The notes under the pieces are model-generated. The model saw nothing but the letters and a program-made list of their open reading frames with translations, searched no databases and was not told where the DNA came from. DNA of 55,172 nt from Gemmatimonadota bacterium (GTDB taxonomy: Bacteria > 4572-55 > J002). The stretch spans positions 1 to 55,172 of the forward strand of contig RFFQ01000170.1 in NCBI GenBank assembly GCA_003697105.1, given 5' to 3'. The first letter of the stretch is position 1. The number at the start of each line of letters is the position of its first letter. Shown here piece after piece: positions 19,222 to 29,440 of this stretch. The position numbers were made by a program, and so were the translations under genes.

Positions 19222-20922
19222 ATGGCTCTTCTTATTTATACCGATGAACACGGAAAGGAACACCAAGTCCCTATCGAACGTTCAAAACTGTTGATAGGAC
19301 GCAGCAAAGATAATGATTTAGCGTTGCTTGATATTTACGTTTCACGCTATCATGCAAAAATTACCGTGGAGAGTGATCGATATTACATAGAGGATTGCGG
19401 AAGTACCTATGGCACGTATGTCAACGGTACACAGGAAAAACGGGTATTGTTGGAATATGGAGATGAAATTAAAGTCGGTGAAACCGTACTCCATTTTGTT
19501 AGCGATGAGGTGGAACAGACAAATGAACAATTGGCACAATTGGTCAATAAGCAAAACGCCGGTCAGGCAATGAAGGCATTTAACCAAATCGAACACGAAT
19601 TTGATGATATTCGGGATCAACTCCAAGCCGTTCGTGACTCAAAAGCAGTAGATGTGACCACACTTTTGGAACGCGTCGATCATCTCGGTCAAACGATTGC
19701 CGAAATTCATACTAATTTGGCGGAACTGGAAAAGGCAAGTCAAATCAACGCCACCTTGTACGAAGTGGGCAAAATGATCAATACCGTCTTCGAGTTGAAC
19801 CGCTTGCTCAATCTGGTAATGGATTTAGCTCTGAAAGTGATGAATGCGGAACGAGGGTTTATCATGTTGATCGATCAAGAGACCGGCGAACTGCGAACGG
19901 AAGTTGCCCGCAACATGGATCCCGAAGATGATCAAAGCCTGCTCCAATCCGAATCTTCTGGAACATCCATCAGTCAGGGTATAGCAACCCAAGTGATCGA
20001 AACCGGTGAGCCGATTCTAACAACAGATGCCTCCAATGACCCGCGTTTTATGCGTCAGGCAAGTGTCATTATGTATAACATCCACTCCGTGATCTGTGTC
20101 CCGTTGCGCTCTAAAGAGCAAGAGATCATTGGTGTGATTTACGTGGATAATCGTATTTCCAAAGGCTATTTCACCCAAGATGATTTGGATTTTCTGATGG
20201 CGTTTACCAATCAAGCCGCGTTAGCGATTGAAAATGCCCAGTTGTACAACAGTATTCAGGAACAAGAGCGCATCCGGGAGAATTTACAGCGCTATCTACC
20301 GGCAGAATTGGCAAATCAAATGATGAATCAGGGACAGATTCAATTGGGCGGAGAAGAATGTTTTGTTTCGATTTTGTTCTCGGATATTCAAGGTTTTACC
20401 TCCCGAGCCGAAAAAATGCCGGCAGGGGAAGTGGTGCAAATGCTAAACGCTTATTTTAGTCTCATGACCGACGAAATTTTTAAGCAGGAGGGCACTCTCG
20501 ATAAATTTATGGGGGATGGTATTATGACCATCTTCGGGGCACCCATCCCGCATGAAGATCATGCGCTACGGGCAATTAAAGCCGCTATTGGGATGCGAGA
20601 ACGCCTTAAAGAATTGAACGCGGAGTGGGCTAAAGAAGGCAAAGAACCGCTGGTAATCCGAATTGGAATTGCCAGTGGAACGGTGGTTGCTGGTAACATC
20701 GGTTCGGAACGCCGCATGGATTATACCGCCATTGGAGATGCCGTCAATTTGGCATCCCGATTGGAAAGCGCGGCTTCTGGAGGACAAATTTTGATTGATG
20801 ATATGACCTATGAACTCGCCGCCGGAGTCATTAAAGCCAACCGCTTAGTCCCCATCCGTGTCAAAGGCAAAAGTCGTCCTATTCAGGTATATGAAGTTGT
20901 GGGTCTGGAAACCGATGTGTAA
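19222..20922 (+). CDS. FHA-coiled coil-GAF-class III adenylate cyclase
   Basis: FHA (IGR..VSRYHA), GAF (ICVPL..IGVIYVDN..FT.DDL), cyclase FSDIQGFT, DKFMGD, YTAIGDAVNLASRLE. Confidence 0.93.
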   Translation: MALLIYTDEHGKEHQVPIERSKLLIGRSKDNDLALLDIYVSRYHAKITVESDRYYIEDCGSTYGTYVNGTQEKRVLLEYGDEIKVGETVLHFVSDEVEQTNEQLAQLVNKQNAGQAMKAFNQIEHEFDDIRDQLQAVRDSKAVDVTTLLERVDHLGQTIAEIHTNLAELEKASQINATLYEVGKMINTVFELNRLLNLVMDLALKVMNAERGFIMLIDQETGELRTEVARNMDPEDDQSLLQSESSGTSISQGIATQVIETGEPILTTDASNDPRFMRQASVIMYNIHSVICVPLRSKEQEIIGVIYVDNRISKGYFTQDDLDFLMAFTNQAALAIENAQLYNSIQEQERIRENLQRYLPAELANQMMNQGQIQLGGEECFVSILFSDIQGFTSRAEKMPAGEVVQMLNAYFSLMTDEIFKQEGTLDKFMGDGIMTIFGAPIPHEDHALRAIKAAIGMRERLKELNAEWAKEGKEPLVIRIGIASGTVVAGNIGSERRMDYTAIGDAVNLASRLESAASGGQILIDDMTYELAAGVIKANRLVPIRVKGKSRPIQVYEVVGLETDV

Positions 20923-22189
20923 ATATGGCATCTTCATGGTGCTGGCGTTCCTCTGGATACCGGTTTCGCGCACTGGGGCAATCTCTCTGATGGAGTACCG
21001 CCCACCCATTAGCAAAAGTGAAAATTTGCAACTGGATGCATCCTATAATTATGCCGGACAAGATTCCACTACCTCAGATGTGGGTAGTGCCTCTGTCCGG
21101 TATTTTCGTATATTTGACTCCCAACCCTTTGCGTATCGCCTCGAATTTAACTCCGTTTTGGGCTATGACGGTCTGAATGAAGACCAAACGGTTTATAACC
21201 CAACCACCCAACAAACGGTGGTATTGAACCGTCACAAAACCACCTTGACGGTGGATGCCCGTAGCGAATTCCGAAAATATATCCTGCTTGAAAAGCTATT
21301 TGGGACAATCAGTTCCCAAATGCGGTATGTAAGAGGCAAAGGCGAATCTTTGAAAAAACAAGTTACCGGAAAGGATACAACCTATGCCGTCCTGAGCGAA
21401 ACATACGCCCGCCCCGAGGTAATGCTGGCAACTGGTATCGGTTATGGAAAGTTTGTGAACGCAACCCCCTTAGTCCGGGCAATCCGGGTAGAACAGGAAT
21501 TGGCACGTATTGATGCCTTGATGGGTAACTTGCCCAACGAAACCTTAATTGAGCTGGCTAAACTGCTGACCCCCGAAAAACAACGGGAATACCAAAATCG
21601 ATTTGAGCCTTCCGTATGGGAACGCTACTATTATGCGGATATTCAAAAAGTGCTGCTAACATCTGGATTGCTAAAAGGAGACCGGCTTTCGGCGTTTGCC
21701 GTCCTGCGGATTCAACAGGTATTGGCAGAAAATATCAATGACCGCTCGTATGGCTGGGATGCGGCGGTTGTGACCCAATATGTCGTTATCTCCCGCCGGT
21801 CTGGAGAAAGCGATCAAAATGCCGGAATGGGATTATACACCAATTATGCCTACCCATTTAATTCTAAAACCCAACTGTCGCATAACCTCTCTTTATTGAC
21901 CCGCTTTTCACCCTTATTGAAAGAAAATTCATTGCTTTCTACTTTGAATGTAACGTATGAAGCCAGTGATCGGGTGGATTGGCGCACCACGTACCAGCTA
22001 TCATTAGAATTCACGAATCTTCACCGGGCAGAACTCGCCCAACATGCCATTAGTACAAATCTGATTTTTTACGTGGAAGGACACATCAATTTAACGCTGT
22101 CTGGTTCGTTGAGTAAAACAATAATTCAGAACAGCAGTGAAGCCTGGTTAAAAAAGATAAACCTATCCCTTACATACGACATAATCTAA
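20915..22189 (+). CDS. exported protein, probable outer-membrane beta-barrel
   Basis: Signal peptide; many alternating beta-strand segments; ends INLSLTYDII; overlaps the cyclase stop. Confidence 0.65.
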   Translation: MCKYGIFMVLAFLWIPVSRTGAISLMEYRPPISKSENLQLDASYNYAGQDSTTSDVGSASVRYFRIFDSQPFAYRLEFNSVLGYDGLNEDQTVYNPTTQQTVVLNRHKTTLTVDARSEFRKYILLEKLFGTISSQMRYVRGKGESLKKQVTGKDTTYAVLSETYARPEVMLATGIGYGKFVNATPLVRAIRVEQELARIDALMGNLPNETLIELAKLLTPEKQREYQNRFEPSVWERYYYADIQKVLLTSGLLKGDRLSAFAVLRIQQVLAENINDRSYGWDAAVVTQYVVISRRSGESDQNAGMGLYTNYAYPFNSKTQLSHNLSLLTRFSPLLKENSLLSTLNVTYEASDRVDWRTTYQLSLEFTNLHRAELAQHAISTNLIFYVEGHINLTLSGSLSKTIIQNSSEAWLKKINLSLTYDII

Positions 22190-22190
22190 C

Positions 22191-22227
22191 AAAAACGCCC
22201 ACCGTACCGGAATCAATACAGTGGGCG
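22191..22227. terminator. hairpin between convergent genes
   Basis: AAAAA CGCCCACCGTA...TACAGTGGGCG. Confidence 0.6.
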
Positions 22228-22257
22228 AAATTTGAATATTTGATTTTCAAGCTGGTA

Positions 22258-22650
22258 TCAGTTGGTACTGGCGTTTTCCAACGCCATCATGGCTTCTTCC
22301 AACTTTTTCCCTAATTCATCCATCCGCTCCGGAGGGAGGGAAGTCGGATATTGTGCCGCATCAGGATATTTCTGGTCTAACGCCAGCATTTGCTCCTGAC
22401 ACTGGCGTATCTGCTCCACATCATTCTCCTCACGTGCCTGCTTTAACTTATCCTTCAATTGGGTATATTCCACCACATAAGTGATATAATCGTCATCGGT
22501 AATTACCTTTTGGGACACCGGTGGTGTTTCTTCTTCGGTAGAGGATGCACTTGTATTCGATGGGGTGGATTCTGTTTGGGACTTTTGACCACATCCCGCC
22601 ACAAGCAGACCCAATACGAGAGCAACCATCCAGATAAAGCGAACATTCAT
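22258..22650 (-). CDS. lipoprotein
   Basis: Lipobox LVAGC, Ser/Thr linker, helical domain; GGGAG SD; ATG 22650. Confidence 0.8.
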   Translation of the reverse strand: MNVRFIWMVALVLGLLVAGCGQKSQTESTPSNTSASSTEEETPPVSQKVITDDDYITYVVEYTQLKDKLKQAREENDVEQIRQCQEQMLALDQKYPDAAQYPTSLPPERMDELGKKLEEAMMALENASTN

Positions 22651-22654
22651 GACT

Positions 22655-23911
22655 CTATTCTCCCATTTCATTGAAAGTACTATCCATGACATCAATGACA
22701 GTGCGGCGATTCTTCCGACGGTTTTCTTCACTGGTATTGGGCACCAACGGTTCAGATTCACCTTTCCCAATAACAATCATGCGTTCTTGGGAAATATTGA
22801 AATTCCGCGAAAGGTAATCTGCTACCGCTTGTGCTCGTCTTTCAGATAATTTCTGATTATATTCTGCACTTCCCAAATCACAGGTATGTCCAGTAATACG
22901 GATGGGACTGTTCGGGTGGTTTTGCAGCGCCATACCTACTTCATTTAACAGGGCTTGCGCCTCTGGTTTTAAGTCAGCTTTGTTTAGGTCAAACATCACT
23001 TTGTCGGAAAGTTCAAAGGTTTCCAGCGGGATATTGCTGGGGCGCATGGGGACATATACATCTTCCGGTTCAAGCAAAATCGATAAGATCGCCAAACTAT
23101 CAGACTCAAACCGAATCCGTCGTGATTGCAAGATGTAACCTTCTTTTTCCGCGGTCACATCATGGATATGGGCAAGGTCTATTTTGATGGTCACCGGACT
23201 CGCTCCAACGTATGTTTGTCCAAGATAGACCTCAGCCGGGGAGGGGTCGGTTTGAATCAACACCGAGGGACGGGTATCGGTTTGAGTTTGGGTACAATCG
23301 CCATCCAAAATACCGTCGGGATCCGCAAAATCTGCTTCTAACCGCCGGGTAGTGTTCGCATGGAGTTGTGCTTTTTGCCGATACTCTTGTTTTAGGCGCG
23401 GGTCACTTTCGTTTTCGAGCAACCGGCAATAGGTCAGAGCCAAATAATAAAATCCTTCCGCCCGGTCGGGGCTGAGTTCAATTGCCCGGAGCAGGGTCTG
23501 TTCGGCATGGGAAAGCATATTTTTTTTGAGGTATGTTCGCCCCAACCCAATGTATGCCGGTCCGAAAAACGGGTCATAATCAATAGCCATCAAAAATTCC
23601 TGCTGGGCTTTGTCCAGTAGCCCCACCGAAAGATACCGCTCACCATCGATCAAATTACCTTCAGTATCCCCATATCCGGTAAACCACGTTTGCCGGATGG
23701 CTTCCACGTCTTTTCCAGAGGTAGAACGTCGCTTGGGATCATATTGTACTTCACCCTCTTTAGCATCGCCGTTCTGCACACCCCGTGCAAACACATCAAA
23801 CTCGTTTTGGGGGGGCTGATAGGTCTCGCGGGGTTTACCGGCGCAACTGGCAACCAGCAAAACAACCCCCAACAGGGTAAAAAAGCGCCCCCATAAAATA
23901 TTTTTTCTCAT
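22655..23911 (-). CDS. OmpA-family lipoprotein with TPR and PEGA domains
   Basis: Lipobox VASC; TPRs; PEGA; OmpA motif GHTCDLGSAEYNQKLSERRA...NRR. Confidence 0.9.
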   Translation of the reverse strand: MRKNILWGRFFTLLGVVLLVASCAGKPRETYQPPQNEFDVFARGVQNGDAKEGEVQYDPKRRSTSGKDVEAIRQTWFTGYGDTEGNLIDGERYLSVGLLDKAQQEFLMAIDYDPFFGPAYIGLGRTYLKKNMLSHAEQTLLRAIELSPDRAEGFYYLALTYCRLLENESDPRLKQEYRQKAQLHANTTRRLEADFADPDGILDGDCTQTQTDTRPSVLIQTDPSPAEVYLGQTYVGASPVTIKIDLAHIHDVTAEKEGYILQSRRIRFESDSLAILSILLEPEDVYVPMRPSNIPLETFELSDKVMFDLNKADLKPEAQALLNEVGMALQNHPNSPIRITGHTCDLGSAEYNQKLSERRAQAVADYLSRNFNISQERMIVIGKGESEPLVPNTSEENRRKNRRTVIDVMDSTFNEMGE

Positions 23912-23963
23912 TCGATAAAACCTCCACTATATCAGAGCACAAGATTTTGTGATTGCTATATTT

Positions 23964-23992
23964 AGTGTAGCATACCTCAAGTAATTTGTCAA
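23964..23992 (-). promoter_or_regulatory. sigma70-type promoter for the OmpA lipoprotein operon
   Basis: Minus strand TTGACA-17 bp-TACACT with TG extension. Confidence 0.7.
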
Positions 23993-24106
23993 ATAAAATT
24001 TTACATATACGAACAATAGGTAACTATCTGATAATAAACTAATTAAACCTGATATAGATCGGCGCGAGCAGGCGCGGCTACCCGCAAAACCATCCGGAAA
24101 AAGGGC

Positions 24107-24135
24107 TTGACAATAAAAAGCCACTATGTTATTCT
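24107..24135 (+). promoter_or_regulatory. sigma70-type promoter with no downstream plus-strand CDS
   Basis: TTGACA-17 bp-TATTCT with TG extension. Confidence 0.7.
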
Positions 24136-24141
24136 TTGCTC

Positions 24142-24233
24142 TCAGATGTTGAAGGGCATGATTCAACATCAGTTTCATTTTGGTTTCTCCTTTCGAAAGC
24201 AGGTACTCGTGGGCGCAAGTACCTGCTTTTTTT
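24142..24233 (+). ncRNA. candidate ~90 nt small regulatory RNA
   Basis: Promoter; 9-bp hairpin GATGTTGAA/TTCAACATC; single-stranded TTTCATTTTGGTTTCTCCTTT; terminator AAAGCAGGTACT/AGTACCTGCTTT with a T7 run. Confidence 0.6.
24196..24233. terminator. strong terminator, probably bidirectional (candidate sRNA and polX)
   Basis: 12-bp stem with a T7 run on the plus strand. Confidence 0.85.
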
Positions 24234-25920
24234 ATCTCTTAAAAAACGCTCGGATGTGCTCCAGTGTGAAACAATTCAGCACATCATCCTTCCGTAATCC
24301 CCCTTTCCGTGCAATCGGAATCCCATATTGGGTGGTATCGGTTAAACCCCCCATTCGATGCGCATCGGGTCCTATCAGGATTTTCACGCCCCGTTCGGTC
24401 GCTTTCCGTAACCAACGCCAATCCAAATCCAACCGGCGCGGGTTTGCATTGAGTTCAAGTGCAACATGATACTCCGCCGCAGCGTCTATTACGGCTTCGA
24501 GATTCACAGGATAGCTCTCACGTTGCAATAACAACCGTCCCGTGGGATGCCCCAATACCCGCACATAAGGATTCGACATTGCTCGGATAATCCGTTCCGT
24601 CATTTCCCCTTCCTTCATATTGAATTTGGTATGAACGGAAGCAATCACAAAATCAAATTCTGCCAGTAGGTCATCGGAATAATCTAGCGAGCCATCGGCT
24701 AAAATATCGCACTCAATCCCCTTCAGAATCTCGATGGTCTCCAAGCACGCATTGAGTCGATCAATTTCCCTCAATTGAGCATAGACCCGTTCCGGTTTCA
24801 TTCCATTTGCCACCGTAGAAGATTGGCTGTGGTCGGTAATTCCCACGTAGTGATAACCTAAACCGGCGGCGGCTTGTGCCATCTCTTCCACCGAGTGCAC
24901 ACCATCACTGTAAGTGGTATGCACGTGCAACACGCCCCGTAGGTCACCGGCATTAATAAGATTCGGCAGATGCCGAAAATCGGTCCATTCCGGTTCACGT
25001 ATTTCGGGGGGGAGATACGGTAAATCCAATAGATTGAAAATGGCGGCTTCATTCGCAAACAACAAGGGTTTACCTTGTTGTAAAATTTGGTCCCACTCCA
25101 AGGTCAAACCGGCCTGTTCAAGCTGGGTCTGCCATTGTTTCACCACTGTTTTATGTCCGGTAGTATAAAAAAGTGCTACCGGGAATCGCTCCGGTGCCAC
25201 CAGACTCAGGTCAACTTCTTGCCCACCCGCCAAGCGGGTTTGGATTCGCTGCGAGGAGCGGTCAATCACCTCGCCAAACGCAGGGTGTTCACAAATAGAC
25301 TGGGTCAAACCGGCGGGATCATCCGTACCGATCAATATATCAATATCGCGGACAACCTCACACCGGCGGCGCAGACTGCCCATAAAACTAAGCGCATCTA
25401 CCCGAGAGTCATTTTGTAAGATCGTCATTAGGGGTTCGGCGAGGCTTAGGGCTTGGTCATACCGCATTTTACCGGCATACTGTTTCAAGAGCGCAATACC
25501 TTCCAGGATGTTTGTTTGGGTTTTTCGTCCAAAGCCGGACATTTGGGCAATCCGTCCCGCGTGACAGGCGCGTTCCAGTTGGTCAACGGTCTCAATACCG
25601 GCTTCATAAAGCTGCCGGACTTTTTTTGCTCCCAACCCTTTAATGCGGATCATCTGTTGCACGCCGGCAGGCACTTCCGCCCGCAGTTCATCAAGCAACC
25701 CTAAAGTGCCACTATCCAGCAGCTCAATGATATTTTCCTGAGTGGCTTTCCCCACACCACGAATTTTTTCCGTGCGAAGTGCCTCCACGTTGCCGGTAAA
25801 GGTTTCCACAGCACGTGCCGCATTGGCGTATGCCTGCGTTTTGAACTTATTTTCACCTTTGAGTTCCAGCAAGATACCAACTTCTTTAAGTACGTGGGCA
25901 ATCTGTTTCTTATCCATCAT
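24232..25920 (-). CDS. polX: DNA polymerase X with C-terminal PHP domain
   Basis: GENKFK..AY, GSLRR..RDID, VDL; PHP motifs HVHTTYSDG, TDHS, DAH. Confidence 0.95.
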   Translation of the reverse strand: MMDKKQIAHVLKEVGILLELKGENKFKTQAYANAARAVETFTGNVEALRTEKIRGVGKATQENIIELLDSGTLGLLDELRAEVPAGVQQMIRIKGLGAKKVRQLYEAGIETVDQLERACHAGRIAQMSGFGRKTQTNILEGIALLKQYAGKMRYDQALSLAEPLMTILQNDSRVDALSFMGSLRRRCEVVRDIDILIGTDDPAGLTQSICEHPAFGEVIDRSSQRIQTRLAGGQEVDLSLVAPERFPVALFYTTGHKTVVKQWQTQLEQAGLTLEWDQILQQGKPLLFANEAAIFNLLDLPYLPPEIREPEWTDFRHLPNLINAGDLRGVLHVHTTYSDGVHSVEEMAQAAAGLGYHYVGITDHSQSSTVANGMKPERVYAQLREIDRLNACLETIEILKGIECDILADGSLDYSDDLLAEFDFVIASVHTKFNMKEGEMTERIIRAMSNPYVRVLGHPTGRLLLQRESYPVNLEAVIDAAAEYHVALELNANPRRLDLDWRWLRKATERGVKILIGPDAHRMGGLTDTTQYGIPIARKGGLRKDDVLNCFTLEHIRAFFKR

Positions 25921-25929
25921 GGTATCCTT

Positions 25930-27054
25930 CTATTGGTCTAAGATGCGTTGGTAGTAAGCTTCATAACGTGGGATAATCACCTGCGGAGAGAATGATCGCA
26001 AGGCATGTTCGCGCCCTTTACGTCCCATTTCACGCCGGAGGTCGTGATCTTTCAGCAACCGGATCGCATAATCAGCCATCGTATCCACGTCACCGACTTC
26101 CGCCAAATAACCGGTCTCCCCGGATAGTACCACTTCTCGCAGACCACCCGCATTGGAACCGATTACCGGCACACCCGAACTCATGGCTTCCAACGCGGAA
26201 AGCCCAAAACTTTCGTGTTCGCTGGGGAAAAGCATCAGATCACTGAGGGCTAACAAATCGGGTATGCCATCTTGCTTCCCCAAATAGCGAATTTTATCAC
26301 AAATCTTGAGTTGCCGGCAATAGGTTTCCGAAGAAACCCGTTCTGGACCATCACCGACCATCAGCAAAATGGCATCAACTTCTTGTTGGACCCGGTAAAA
26401 AATATCCACCACATCTTTGATCCGCTTGACCGGACGGAAATTGGAGATATGAATCAGCACTTTTTTACCCCGAGAAAGCTGGCAACGACGCATATTACGG
26501 GAGAGAACTCCAGAGAACAAATCTGTATCAATAAAATTCGGAATCACCTCAATGGGTCGCTGGATTTGCAAAGTGCGGATCGTCTCCTGACGCATCCACT
26601 CCGAAACGGTCGTGACCCCATCACTTTTTTCAATAGAAAATTGGGTGATCGGCAAAAAAGAGGCGTCTGTACCCACAATGGTAATGTCCGTACCGTGTAA
26701 GGTAGTGATAACTTTAACCTTATCCGCCCCGACAATTTGTTGTGCCAGATACCCACTGGTCGCATGAGGGATGGCATAATGAACATGTAGCAAATCGAGG
26801 TTTTCGTGGCGGATAATATCGCTCATTTTGGCGGCTAACGAGATCGCATACGGTTGGTACTCAAACAGAGGATATTTCATGACCTCCACTTCGTGAAAAA
26901 AGATATTTTCATGAAAGTAATGATGAAGGCGAGCCGGCATAGCATAGCTAATAAAATGCACCGCATGACCTCGATTGGCGAGTTCCTTGCCCAACTCCGT
27001 CGCAATGATGCCGCTACCGCCATAGGTCGGGTAACAAGTGATACCGATTTTCAT
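25930..27054 (-). CDS. bshA: N-acetyl-alpha-D-glucosaminyl L-malate synthase
   Basis: [53 protein letters not shown]. Confidence 0.96.
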   Translation of the reverse strand: MKIGITCYPTYGGSGIIATELGKELANRGHAVHFISYAMPARLHHYFHENIFFHEVEVMKYPLFEYQPYAISLAAKMSDIIRHENLDLLHVHYAIPHATSGYLAQQIVGADKVKVITTLHGTDITIVGTDASFLPITQFSIEKSDGVTTVSEWMRQETIRTLQIQRPIEVIPNFIDTDLFSGVLSRNMRRCQLSRGKKVLIHISNFRPVKRIKDVVDIFYRVQQEVDAILLMVGDGPERVSSETYCRQLKICDKIRYLGKQDGIPDLLALSDLMLFPSEHESFGLSALEAMSSGVPVIGSNAGGLREVVLSGETGYLAEVGDVDTMADYAIRLLKDHDLRREMGRKGREHALRSFSPQVIIPRYEAYYQRILDQ

Positions 27055-27077
27055 GCAAGTTCCTTTTGACAAATAGG

Positions 27078-27809
27078 TTATAATGACAAAATAGCCATGA
27101 CATTCTGGGTTGAAACCGGTTCGGACATCCAAAACGGTTCACCATAGCGCACTTGAATTTTGGAGCCCCAATAACTTGCCCGTCCGGTAATGCCTTCCCA
27201 AAACGTTTTACTGCTGATGTACGTCTCCGGCTCACCGGTGGAAGCATTGGCTTGATAAAATTGGCTCTGGTATGCTTGAATGGCGACAAGTTTGTACTCA
27301 AACACATCCGAGACATCCACAATAATCGTGGGTTGCACTGGGATGTAATGGGTAAAATAATAGAGAATCTTAAGCGGTCGATACGGTGTTTGACCGGTAT
27401 CAATTGCCCGCAATCCACTATAAAAAGCGGCTTCTTTTACCAAGTAGCTCGCATGGACGTGATCGGGATGGCGGTCTTCTGGATAGGGGATCAAAATCAA
27501 GTGAGGTTGAAATTCGCGTAACGTCTGAATCACTCGTAACCGGTGTTCGGGAGTCTGCGCAATACCCCCATCTGGGATTTCCAGATTAACACGAACATCC
27601 AACCCCAGAAGCGTACTTGCCGCTTGTGCTTCTTCCGCACGGATTTCGGGTGTCCCGCGCGTGCCCATCTCACCGCGGGTAAGGTCGCAGATACCGGTAC
27701 GATACCCGTGTTGTTTGGATTTGAGCAAAGTTCCACCGCAAAAAAGCTCCCCATCATCTGGATGTGGAGCAAACACGAGGATATCCAATTTCGTGCTTGA
27801 ATCCGGCAT
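27078..27809 (-). CDS. bshB1: bacillithiol biosynthesis deacetylase
   Basis: PHPDDGEL, DLTRGEMGTRG, DRHPDH. Confidence 0.93.
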   Translation of the reverse strand: MPDSSTKLDILVFAPHPDDGELFCGGTLLKSKQHGYRTGICDLTRGEMGTRGTPEIRAEEAQAASTLLGLDVRVNLEIPDGGIAQTPEHRLRVIQTLREFQPHLILIPYPEDRHPDHVHASYLVKEAAFYSGLRAIDTGQTPYRPLKILYYFTHYIPVQPTIIVDVSDVFEYKLVAIQAYQSQFYQANASTGEPETYISSKTFWEGITGRASYWGSKIQVRYGEPFWMSEPVSTQNVMAILSL

Positions 27810-27817
27810 AATGACCT

Positions 27818-29425
27818 CTATAATTCAATAAGTCGGTGCGCTACCGGTCGATCATCGATTGCGCCATAAATGGTTTTTATCAGATCAAAGCCATAGCGAA
27901 TCAGGTAATACACAATGTTAAACACACGTTCTTGCAAATTCCCATTCGGGTAGAGGTGAGCTTGTATTTTGGCGAGCTGTCCGGTGATCACCTTCTGGTT
28001 TTTTTGTTGAGCCGCAATGGAACGCTCTTCCAACTTATCAATTTGATATTTAATCTTTTGTAAAGCGTTCTCGGTGGCAGACGCCAAATTGGGGTCAATT
28101 GACCCCACCAATTGTGCCAACGAGCGCAACTCGGCACTCATATTCGCATGAACCTGCGCAAACACCGGCGCTAAATCGATATCCACATCACCGATAACCC
28201 GCCGGAACAGACTTTTACTATCCAGAAACACATCGGTCAGTGAGAGATGATATTTGGCTAAGGATTTACGAATTTTGCCTTCTATAATCGTAAAGGACGC
28301 CCGTGGATAGATCAACGGCATCGCCTGTTCATACAAGTGATACGCCGCTTTGAGTTGGGCAAAATAGGCAATTTCCCCCGGACCTGCCACGTATGCCACC
28401 GTCGGGAACAGTATATCTTGCAGAATGGGGCGCAACACTACATCCGTCGTAAATTTTAACGGATGTGCTTCTATTTCCTGACATAATTCCGTTTCACTAA
28501 AAGCGTGAAGTCCCGCCTGAAACTGATCCCCTTCAATCCGGATACGCTGACGTATTCCATCAACAGTATAAAACAGATGAAGTTGAGAATCTCGTAGCTG
28601 AATCTGTTGGTGGTAGCCGGCATCTTTTAGAGCGTTGGTTTGAGATTGAAGGGCAGAATCCAAAGCGGAGGCGTCACTCACGGCTTTTTGGAATACCGGT
28701 ATATATAGATTCGCACAGGCTTCATCCAATGGATTGAACAACACCAAGCCATAGGTTGCCATTAACTGCGCCAAAAATCGCCCAAAAGCCCCGGAAAACG
28801 TGTATTCTGGGCGGTAGGTATCGTTCAAAAGCGCCAATACGGCAGGTAAAAAATCAGTTACGGGATTATCATCTACAAACGAGTCAATAATCTTGCGAAT
28901 TTCATCGCCCAATCTCCGTTGGCTCACAATTTGTGCCGAATTATCGGGTTGGGGGAGGCTCAGCCGGCGTAACTCGTTTTGCAGAGTGGCATAATCGATG
29001 TGATTCACTTCCGCAAAGTCATGATCAAAGGCTTCCAACCAAAAAACGGGCACACAAGGGACATCATACATCTCCTGCCATTGCGCCGCCAACTTGCAGG
29101 CAGTTAATGCTTTATAGATTGTGTACAAGGGACCGCCGAAAAGCCCAAGTTGTTGTCCGGTAACGATGGTACGAGCACCGTTTTTCAAATGTTGGATGTG
29201 CGTGAACGTCAATTCACTACTTCCAAATTCTCGATTTTGACGTTCCAGAACCGTAATCAACTGGGGGGAACACACCGGCAGGAACGACTCCTCCTGCAAG
29301 AAAAGGTGATCCACATCTGAAAAGCGATATTCAAAAAACGGGGTAATAGATTCGGTTTGATTCAAATAATCCTGATACAGTGAGCTGGTACCGGGCAATT
29401 CGGAGGCATTCACGGTGTGAGACAT
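27818..29425 (-). CDS. bshC: bacillithiol cysteine-adding enzyme
   Basis: VTGQQLGLFGGPLYTIYKA, VPVFW..DHDFAE, GPGEIAYFAQL, LQER. Confidence 0.95.
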   Translation of the reverse strand: MSHTVNASELPGTSSLYQDYLNQTESITPFFEYRFSDVDHLFLQEESFLPVCSPQLITVLERQNREFGSSELTFTHIQHLKNGARTIVTGQQLGLFGGPLYTIYKALTACKLAAQWQEMYDVPCVPVFWLEAFDHDFAEVNHIDYATLQNELRRLSLPQPDNSAQIVSQRRLGDEIRKIIDSFVDDNPVTDFLPAVLALLNDTYRPEYTFSGAFGRFLAQLMATYGLVLFNPLDEACANLYIPVFQKAVSDASALDSALQSQTNALKDAGYHQQIQLRDSQLHLFYTVDGIRQRIRIEGDQFQAGLHAFSETELCQEIEAHPLKFTTDVVLRPILQDILFPTVAYVAGPGEIAYFAQLKAAYHLYEQAMPLIYPRASFTIIEGKIRKSLAKYHLSLTDVFLDSKSLFRRVIGDVDIDLAPVFAQVHANMSAELRSLAQLVGSIDPNLASATENALQKIKYQIDKLEERSIAAQQKNQKVITGQLAKIQAHLYPNGNLQERVFNIVYYLIRYGFDLIKTIYGAIDDRPVAHRLIEL

Positions 29426-29440
29426 GATGATTTCCTGTGG

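Noticed and set aside
23927-24178. 83-aa minus-strand ORF with a perfect SD
   Set aside because: Overlaps two promoter motifs, lies just past a terminator and has unprotein-like composition; better explained as the complement of an sRNA, though not fully excluded
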